From Schizochytrium sp. TIO01 (Eukaryota > Protista > Bigyra: Labyrinthulomycetes), in NCBI GenBank assembly GCA_004764695.1, contig SMSO01000014.1, positions 1,049,648 through 1,113,647 of the forward strand: a stretch of 64,000 bases of DNA, given 5' to 3'. Position numbers and translations under genes: made by a program. The first letter of the stretch is position 1, and each line of letters begins with the position of its first letter. Shown here piece by piece: positions 34,878-42,782 of the stretch. A model generated the notes under the pieces. That model saw nothing but the letters and a program-made list of their open reading frames with translations. It was not told the DNA's origin and did no database searches.

Positions 34878-36830
34878 TCAAGACTGCCAGGAGCAGGCCC
34901 AGTGGTGCACTGCAAGGCAACCTTTAGCAGCATAATCCTTTGTGGATAGCGTCTCCTCAGGATTAGCAGTGTTTGACAAAGGGTACATGGTGACAGGCGG
35001 CAAAACAAGAACTGAGTTATCTCCCGAGACACGAGGCAGCACTGTTTTCGTAAAGTACCCGGGACCAGTCTTGGCAATAGTAGAGGTTGTCTCGGTAGCT
35101 TTTGTGAGATTTTCAGAGTCCTCCGCAGATAAGTAACTAGTTAGCATCCCACCAGTAAGATCTCTGAAGCTAGGGATGTCCTTTGTAAGGCCACTATTCA
35201 ATGCCTCCAGAATCGGGTGATGGGGAATGCTAGCAATGAAGGCATTGTTCACCTCCAGAGCACCAACATTTGAGAGACCACAAATAAAGCTAGCATTGAA
35301 GCGAGCCATCTCATTCATAAATTCAGAGATGGAACGAACACATTCAAAGTCAATATCAACGTAAACACCACCATATTGACGGAGGATCTCGTACCGTGCA
35401 ATGTCAGATTTCTCACCAAGATTTGAGGCATTTTCAAAAGCCTTGCGATTGACCATATCAAGCTGCTTACAGTCAGCATCGCGCCAGAAACGAAACGTCC
35501 ATCCCTCAGCATCCAGAAATCGTTTCCAAGTCTTCATCCATTCGCCGCGATTAGGAATATTCTTAGAGCCAAGCCAGATGTGGTGAACAATACGTGGAAT
35601 TTGCTCTCCTTTTGCTTCTTCGATATCCCTCCTCGGTCGAAACCAAAGGGAATTATAGCGTTCCGCAATATCATATGTCCAGGTTTTCTCCTCTTCTGCA
35701 GAAGCCCACAGCTCAGGGCGGTCGTGAATACTCTTGCATCCATCTTGTCCTTCTTGGAATGTCGCTGGAAGTGGTACGCGGCGCTCAAACCCACAGTTTG
35801 GGTACCGGCTGAGCATAGAGTCAAACCATGCATTCTTGTAGGGACTATACTTTTGCAGACGCATAGCGTCGGCAACTTGCTCAAGATTAGCTTCGCTGGC
35901 AAAATTTTGAGTGACTGCTACAGTCATATCAAGGTTGATGACAATATGCCACCAGCCCCGTGGAACAAACACAGTGTCACCGGGACCTTGCGTGAACTCG
36001 ATAACCCCCAAAGCCTCATGATCGAGCTGCGGCAAGACCTCTGCAAACCAGCGTTCTACGTTTACATCTTGACGAAATTGTTTCACAACTTCAGCATCTA
36101 CATCAGGTGGGATTAAAACCCAACGCTTGTGGCCTTCAAGAAGGGTGTTCCATGCAGAGGTGCCAACAGGATCATAGTGGATCCGTGTGCCAGAACGTGC
36201 AGGGCCAATAAGCATCCAACGAAAACGGGGTCGCCCTCCCATTTCTGGGCGTTCTCCCTCAGGGAGTTCATACAGGTCGCGACCTTCAAAGATCATCGGG
36301 ACACTGTAGCTTTGAAGGATCGCATCATGCGCAAGCTTTGACTTCTCATCAATTGCATTCTCCCGGTCACTGAGATCCTCGAAAAGATACAGTGGGCACT
36401 CATCGTACTCGCCACGACCTTGTGCATAGGATACATACTCCCGCAATGTAAACTTTTGTCCCGTGTACAACGCAAACGAAGCATCACCAAAGAGGTCAAC
36501 AAGCCTTTCACTAGTCCATGTTTTTGCAGCCCACTCATTTGCACATCCAAGAACGGCCATTGGTTTTCCGGGGCCCTCAAACTCGGTTTGGAACTCCTCT
36601 GCTGTCAGAGTTGAGACGTCACGAATTTCGAGGTCTCCACAATGAATCCTTGCGCGAGCATCGTCGGTGTTCGCCTCTTCAATAAAACGATCTAGTTGCT
36701 CCTGCCTTGATGCAGCTGTGCTCAATGCTCCATCAGCACCAGATGTCTCCTCCTCGTCAATTTCTTCGTCGTCATCACTATCAGCCAAGGCGGCCGCCAT
36801 GGCAAAGAGGTCCAAAGCACCTTCAGCCAT
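34878..36830 (-). CDS. Fusion of a JMJD6-like JmjC 2-oxoglutarate/Fe(II) oxygenase and a GT32 (Gly_transf_sug, DxD) glycosyltransferase
   Basis: Single 650-aa ORF. aa ~66-345: RWMLIGPARSGTRIHYDPVGTSAWNTLLEGHKRW..PGDTVFVPRGWWHIVINLDMTVAVTQNFAS (H218, D220, H295). aa ~410-650: IPRIVHHIWLG, KSDIARYEILRQYGGVYVDIDF, NNAFIASIPHHP, TGPG, HHWACSW. No signal peptide. Confidence 0.92.
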   Translation of the reverse strand: MAEGALDLFAMAAALADSDDDEEIDEEETSGADGALSTAASRQEQLDRFIEEANTDDARARIHCGDLEIRDVSTLTAEEFQTEFEGPGKPMAVLGCANEWAAKTWTSERLVDLFGDASFALYTGQKFTLREYVSYAQGRGEYDECPLYLFEDLSDRENAIDEKSKLAHDAILQSYSVPMIFEGRDLYELPEGERPEMGGRPRFRWMLIGPARSGTRIHYDPVGTSAWNTLLEGHKRWVLIPPDVDAEVVKQFRQDVNVERWFAEVLPQLDHEALGVIEFTQGPGDTVFVPRGWWHIVINLDMTVAVTQNFASEANLEQVADAMRLQKYSPYKNAWFDSMLSRYPNCGFERRVPLPATFQEGQDGCKSIHDRPELWASAEEEKTWTYDIAERYNSLWFRPRRDIEEAKGEQIPRIVHHIWLGSKNIPNRGEWMKTWKRFLDAEGWTFRFWRDADCKQLDMVNRKAFENASNLGEKSDIARYEILRQYGGVYVDIDFECVRSISEFMNEMARFNASFICGLSNVGALEVNNAFIASIPHHPILEALNSGLTKDIPSFRDLTGGMLTSYLSAEDSENLTKATETTSTIAKTGPGYFTKTVLPRVSGDNSVLVLPPVTMYPLSNTANPEETLSTKDYAAKGCLAVHHWACSWQS

Positions 36831-37215
36831 CTTTACGGGCTGTGGCCTTCTTCCACCAAAACCTAGAGCTCCTTGCTCGCAATTACCAAATGCGCCTTGT
36901 CGGATTTGCAGGAATCCTCAGAAGCCAGAATGGTCGCATGCGAAGCTCCTCGTGAATCGCAATTGCATTTAATCCATTGAAATGCTTGCCATCGATTCCT
37001 TCGGACGCCTCACACAAATGCTATAAGTAATTTATAGCGCTTTTTAAAGTGGGTTATAGACTTGTTACGAGTGAACAATATCTAAATCTCCTCAATAGAC
37101 AATTCCTATAATTCATTATCATGAAAGAGATGTGAAAATAACCAGAAAGACCGCCACAACTCTAATCAAATGGATAATGTGGGAGACAGCAAACCACAAT
37201 CAATGAGACAAAGTC

Positions 37216-39696
37216 ATGGCTCCTGCGCGAATGTCCAGCGCCTTGGCGGGCGGGAGAACTCAGGGAAGTACCCTTTCACGTAGACTTCCGTCACCACGAA
37301 CTCGAAGCCTCTCAGGAGGCTTGGCTTCTTCAGGAGTGCTAAGCGGGACCACTTCTGCGCATCTTGAAGATTGTCAAGGATCTGCTCAGGAACCATCTTC
37401 ATTATCGCCAACAAGAACTTCATCAAATTCGGTAGGCTCTGCATCATTGCGAGATGAAGGATCATCATCTCCGTTTGCAACGAGACCATCACTAATAAAC
37501 TCGCCTTCATCGGCAAGGTGCCTCCTTCCAGAACGAGATCCGTTTGGGATTCAAGAAAACAACAGTCAAAGACCAACAAGGCGATGGAGTGCAATTCTTG
37601 GATCGCATGATTTGATTGCACCTGCTCGAAACAATGATCATACGCAGGGCGACCGATCTAGGGACATTCCACGCCGACCGAAACGTACCCGGTCGAATGA
37701 TTTGAGTACACAGTATAGCGAATTTACAGCCCAATCGCTGGCTCAGGCTGCAGCGCAAGCTTCATCGTGGGGTGTCACAGATAGCAGGAAAAACATCATG
37801 GGTACTGTAGTCTTTCATGTAATAGCGCTTCGAGCTCTTGTTTTGGGGTTGGTTGCAGGAGTTATTCTGCTTGGTGTACAATCTGGTCTGAATGCTATCG
37901 GCGTCTCTGAATGGCTTGGCCTTGTAGAACAGGGAAGCTGTGCAGTTGCAATGCCGTCAAATGCTCAAGCATTGCAGTCATTAGAAGATGGGCGACTTTC
38001 TTGCCGGGATGCAAAACTACACGACCAAGTGCATCTTATTGGATCCGACCTACATGTGACTTGGGCCACTTCTCTCACGGAGTGCTGTGCGAAATGCACC
38101 CAGCGTCGTGCTTGCATAGCACTAAGCTACAATATTGTTCAACGGCGATGCGTGCTCTTTAAAGGTACTGTTTCTGAAGCAATGCAATCAAGCTGGACAC
38201 GATCATTTATTTTACAGCCCGCCTTGGCTCAAGCGGACATGGGCAATGTTCGCGCTGCAAGAGAAACTGAACGATGGGATGTTGAGGTTTCTTTCCAGCG
38301 TGCCCTGGCGCCCCCTTCATTCACAGTGGAAACCCAATACAGAGATCCAGTCTCCCGAAACAAACGTACTCGAACTGACTACCGGGACCACGTCGCAGGG
38401 GCTCTGAGGGACCTTGGACTTGTTCCCATAGCACTCCCGACAGATGTGACAACTCTCGATGTGATTTGGGGACTGCATTGGGATAGCCAGAAAAAATTCA
38501 CATCTGCCGGATTGCACTCCTGGCAGTTACTCAATATGGTTCCAGGTGTCTTGGATCAAACTATTGGAGAAAAGGATTCCCTGCACCGCTTAGTTCAGGA
38601 TTGTCGAAAACGTTATGGCACTGATCTAGTTGATAGTTTCATGCCTCGATCATACATGCTTCCTGAAGATGAAGATGAGATTGTCGACCCCAACGCAATA
38701 TGGATATGGAAACCACTGCGATCTTGGTCTGGGGATGGTATTTCTGTTCTTACAGGTGAGCACGCAAAGGAACGTCTTTTACGCAAACGTTCTTCTTCAC
38801 AAACTAACGTAATTCTACAGACCTATATATTAAACCCACTTACGTTATCAGGGTACAAATTTGACACCCGATGGTGGGTAGTTATTACAAGTGTAAATCC
38901 TTTGCGGGTGTACTCCGTAGAAGATGCGTATGTCCGTCCCGCTGCAGTGCCATACCGTAGTGACATTCCTGGTCTGGCAGATAAATGTGTTCATGTAACA
39001 AATGGTAAGGTCTTTAAGCAATGCAAAGGGTCGAAAAGTTTCCCTATAAAGCGAGTGAATGATCCCCTTTTTATGAACAAGTTACGCGATGCATATAACA
39101 GGGATCTCGATCCAAACTTAGCTTCGCGAATCGAGAAGACCTTAATTTCTCGAACACAAATTGCCATGTTGAAGACCCTCTTGCTCAGTCTGCCAATTTT
39201 GAAACAGACTCATAACTGGACTGCTGCACAACACTTCCAGCTTCTTGCGTTCGATATAATCTACGATTCAGACACTGGTGCGCCGTGGGTTGAAGAGGTT
39301 AACAGCAATGGTTTTCTAGGAACTGGCATGATTGAAGTTTCATCTGCTGTCGGATCTGATATCCTTAGAGACATGTTCACGCTTGTGGGCGTTGCAGGTT
39401 ATGATAGATCGGCCTACCAAACATCTCTTGAACGATATTTCATGCGCGATTCAGGAAGCGAGCCTCCTTCTTTGGATATTTTATCGCCTTTACAAGCCTC
39501 GATTGATGAATTGTATGCTTCGCAGCGCTCCTGGAAAATGCTGTACCCGTTGCCACTTCGCGAATCAAGTGACACTGACATCCAATCGCTAATTAGGATG
39601 GCGGACCACGATGCTTCCCATGCACAGCTACTACGAGATGTTCTTGCGAGTCTTCCAGGGAGCCCTGCTGTCTTAGGGTACGTAAAGTCAGCTTAA
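37216..39696 (+). CDS. Tubulin-tyrosine-ligase-family (TTL/TTLL) ATP-grasp protein with N-terminal TM helix and PAN/apple domain
   Basis: TM at aa ~198-225. PAN-like CRD..IGSDL..TSLTECCAKCTQRRACIALSY..RRCVLFK. TTL motifs: FMPRSYMLP, WIWKP..SGDGI, ILQTYILNPL..GYKFDTRWWVVITSVNPLRVY, HVTN, FQLLAFDII..PWVEEVN. Confidence 0.88.
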   Translation: MAPARMSSALAGGRTQGSTLSRRLPSPRTRSLSGGLASSGVLSGTTSAHLEDCQGSAQEPSSLSPTRTSSNSVGSASLRDEGSSSPFATRPSLINSPSSARCLLPERDPFGIQENNSQRPTRRWSAILGSHDLIAPARNNDHTQGDRSRDIPRRPKRTRSNDLSTQYSEFTAQSLAQAAAQASSWGVTDSRKNIMGTVVFHVIALRALVLGLVAGVILLGVQSGLNAIGVSEWLGLVEQGSCAVAMPSNAQALQSLEDGRLSCRDAKLHDQVHLIGSDLHVTWATSLTECCAKCTQRRACIALSYNIVQRRCVLFKGTVSEAMQSSWTRSFILQPALAQADMGNVRAARETERWDVEVSFQRALAPPSFTVETQYRDPVSRNKRTRTDYRDHVAGALRDLGLVPIALPTDVTTLDVIWGLHWDSQKKFTSAGLHSWQLLNMVPGVLDQTIGEKDSLHRLVQDCRKRYGTDLVDSFMPRSYMLPEDEDEIVDPNAIWIWKPLRSWSGDGISVLTGEHAKERLLRKRSSSQTNVILQTYILNPLTLSGYKFDTRWWVVITSVNPLRVYSVEDAYVRPAAVPYRSDIPGLADKCVHVTNGKVFKQCKGSKSFPIKRVNDPLFMNKLRDAYNRDLDPNLASRIEKTLISRTQIAMLKTLLLSLPILKQTHNWTAAQHFQLLAFDIIYDSDTGAPWVEEVNSNGFLGTGMIEVSSAVGSDILRDMFTLVGVAGYDRSAYQTSLERYFMRDSGSEPPSLDILSPLQASIDELYASQRSWKMLYPLPLRESSDTDIQSLIRMADHDASHAQLLRDVLASLPGSPAVLGYVKSA

Positions 39697-40294
39697 TTAG
39701 ACTCCGCGCACTATCATCCCTTGTCACACTCGCTAACAATATGTTTTATAAATTACGTTTCTGAGGACATGGATCTACTGAATGACGAGCTCCAGTGAGT
39801 CGTCCACCAGAGTGGCCTTGTTTTTATTATAAATTTTGTATAATTTAGATTTATTGGTATTTGTGCGTCTACAAGCTTTTTAGGATGGAACAATTTGCGA
39901 TGGAAAGAGAATTGGAGCAGAAACAAAAACAACAGCGCAACGTACTTTCTTTTTGTACTATATTTGAAATACGATAGGTACGAAGTGGAGTTCGCTATAT
40001 ATATTTGAAGCAGAAGAAAGCCTTTCGCACCTCCAGCATCATCCAAAATCATATATAAGCATTTCATCCAGTTTCATGGGTAGAGCAGGGCACTAGGAAA
40101 TAACAATCTAAAAGGGACTTCTGATTGATCAACAGTTGAAAAATGGTAAATTAGGTTATCCTGAGGAATACATTGATGGAGGAGCTTTGTTTGATACACA
40201 AGTTTGTTGAGACTTGGGGTGAGTTTTTAAGTTCAATGCGCTGGAAGGACCCTATAGAAGCACTGTGATAAGCAGACTTTACTCATAATCCTGC

Positions 40295-40849
40295 TTAAAA
40301 GATGTTGAGGATGCCAAAAGAGGCAGAAACGGAAGTAAAGATCACACCAACGAGGGCAGTCCAGATGTGTACTCCAAGGAAGTGGTCAGAGTAGCGCTTG
40401 TCGCTGCCCTTGGCATAGCCCTCAGCCCACTTGATACGGGAAGCGGACCAGAGAAGGCCACACAGAGAGGTCACGACAGGATGACGGAGACCTCCGATGA
40501 GGGAAAGAGCAACAAAGCTGGGGTAAGTTTCGAGAGCGTTTTGGTGTCCACGCTGCACACAGTTGAATTGCGTGGCTTCATCAGAGGTGCCCTCTGCATA
40601 CATGGTAGGGGCCTTAATATCGTACTTCTTACGAGCTTCACCCACCTTCATACCCAGCTTGAGAAGCGTGAAAGTTGTGCCGACAACGTTGAAGAGCGCT
40701 ACAAGACCGTAGAGCTTAGGGATAGCGAAGACGCTGGAGCCTTGCACAGGTGCGGGCAAGAGCTCCTGAAAGTTTGCGAGAGCATAGGTCTCAGCGATCA
40801 TGAGAGCCGAGATCGGCAGACCGCGCTTCACGAAGAGTGCTGCAGCCAT
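40295..40849 (-). CDS. MGST3: MAPEG family microsomal glutathione S-transferase 3-like
   Basis: KVGEARKKYDIKAPTMYA..QFNCVQRGHQNALETYP..GGLRHP..GYAKG..KR, with hydrophobic helices. Confidence 0.92.
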   Translation of the reverse strand: MAAALFVKRGLPISALMIAETYALANFQELLPAPVQGSSVFAIPKLYGLVALFNVVGTTFTLLKLGMKVGEARKKYDIKAPTMYAEGTSDEATQFNCVQRGHQNALETYPSFVALSLIGGLRHPVVTSLCGLLWSASRIKWAEGYAKGSDKRYSDHFLGVHIWTALVGVIFTSVSASFGILNIF

Positions 40850-41739
40850 CTTGAAATGTTACCTTGAGGTCTATCTAAAGTTTCGCTTCTGCATATACAT
40901 GCACCAATTCATCATTTAGGACGCATTGAGCAGCGCGAGCATCCCAATTCCAACGAAGTTCAACATCACGCACCAGATGAAAGACAATATTCCATACGAG
41001 AGAATGTTAGTCACTTCACCGCTTGTTTGCACTCTACCTTCCCAGTAAGCAGAAAGGCCATTCTTCTGGCTACGTACCTGTCACGACGATCTGGCCGTCG
41101 AGAGGATTGTCTTGATTCGGATTTGCTGGTTTGCTCGAGGGAACTGCCTTTCGGCATCTTCAATGATCTCTTTCTCGATCCAGCCAGAGCGTTATTCCGT
41201 CTAAGAAAGAACCAGCCTTGCAGCCAAACAGGACCCCGTGTCAAAACCTATGGATCCCATATATCTTTAAAGTCCCTGTGAATACCGTCTTTTAATATTC
41301 GCAGACCTCAAGATGCCTTTCGAGATCGCCTCGGAGTGAGTCTCAGACACATTGGAGGATTCGCAGTTTCACTGTCGCCCACTTCTAAAATATACCCCTC
41401 CCATTTACCCGTCGCACATATATTCAGGCTTATTATGGGGTGCGGCAAAACCTTTGGGAGGTTATAGTAGGAACCTAATGGGAAACGTCGAAGCTCTGCG
41501 GCGGTGTAAGAACGAAAGAGCTTAAGCTCACGTGAAAATAAGAGTGAATCACATGATTTAGTGAAGAGAGCAGACACCCACTTCGACGCAAAGAGTTTTA
41601 TTTTGGTGACTTTAGAAGCCCGTGACAGTCTCCGGAAGGCAGTCTAAATTCAACCTTGAAATGGAGACGAAAGAACTAGTGAGACCAAGGGAATCAATTA
41701 TAAAACAGTAGATATGTAAGTAACTAGTAGGAATCTATT

Positions 41740-41767
41740 TAATAATAATAATAATAATAATAATAAC
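41740..41767. repeat. (AAT)n microsatellite
   Basis: taataataataataataataataataac. Confidence 0.95.
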
Positions 41768-42229
41768 AGTACTGACAAGAATACTGATACTAAACATTTC
41801 TTTAGACACACAATATAAAATATTTTTATAATTAAAGAACAAGAACAGGAAGAAGAGAAGAAGAAGAGAAATGGAAATGGAAATGTAAAATGCAGCACAA
41901 AGAGGCGGTATCTTTAACGAGGCTCAAGCCGAGACCGAGATCTTTCAACACAAGCGAAACTGAGACTCCAACAGTAGTGAGACAAGCGGCATCTTCCTTC
42001 TTTTTCCTTCGCGGTATTTTCTCTCGGTTGACAGACAGCAAAGCACTCCAATTGTAAATCCATCACTAGATCGGTAGGTAGGTACTAAGTACCTCTACTC
42101 CTTTTCTGTTTTCTGCTGTTATCATTCATTCACCGGCGAATGAGAATGAATGAATGAATACCTTCTACTAATTACCGTATATAGTAAGCTCTCCGCTGCA
42201 TTTATGGGTAAGTAAGGCTTTGGGAGAAA

Positions 42230-42279
42230 CAGCGTGGTCCCAAGGAATCGACGCAGCTCGAGTCCTGAGGACCACGCTG
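42230..42279. other. 50-nt inverted repeat / hairpin (22-bp stem, 3 mismatches, 6-nt loop)
   Basis: CAGCGTGGTCC-CAAGGAATCGA-cgcagc-TCGAGTCCTGA-GGACCACGCTG. The outer 11 bp pair perfectly. Confidence 0.85.
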
Positions 42280-42782
42280 GAACGCCGTGGTGGCCAAAGC
42301 CCTCCTCAGTAGTGACTTTGATAATAGGCGGCTCTGGTGGCGCTCTTGTTGATTTATACTGACTGGTTCAACAATTGCGTTCTTCTATAACTTCAGTATG
42401 GAAATGAAGAATAGCCAAAAGAACCGTTACGAGTTAGAACTGGTGAGCCTTCTTTTAATTGAAAGCGGCGCGTGGGCAATGGTATGGAAAACATGGGCTT
42501 GACAAACTCAATACAACACAGATAATCTGCGTGTGCTTGGAGCGAACTTCTGCTCGCGCGCTCCTGAGCCTGCCTTGAAAGGGGAGTCCTCCATCTCCAC
42601 AAGACCTGCTGCCTTCCATTGCAGCTATCGAGACGGCACGAGACTCACAAGAGCAGTAGCACAAGCGACGATCGAAAACTTGTAAAAAACGCCCTGACAT
42701 TATTTTATTCTCGTAGACGCGTAGAGGCGGGCTTCAGCTGTCAAGTTTAACAGAGCAAGATCTCAAGGCTGGCGAAAGTGCG

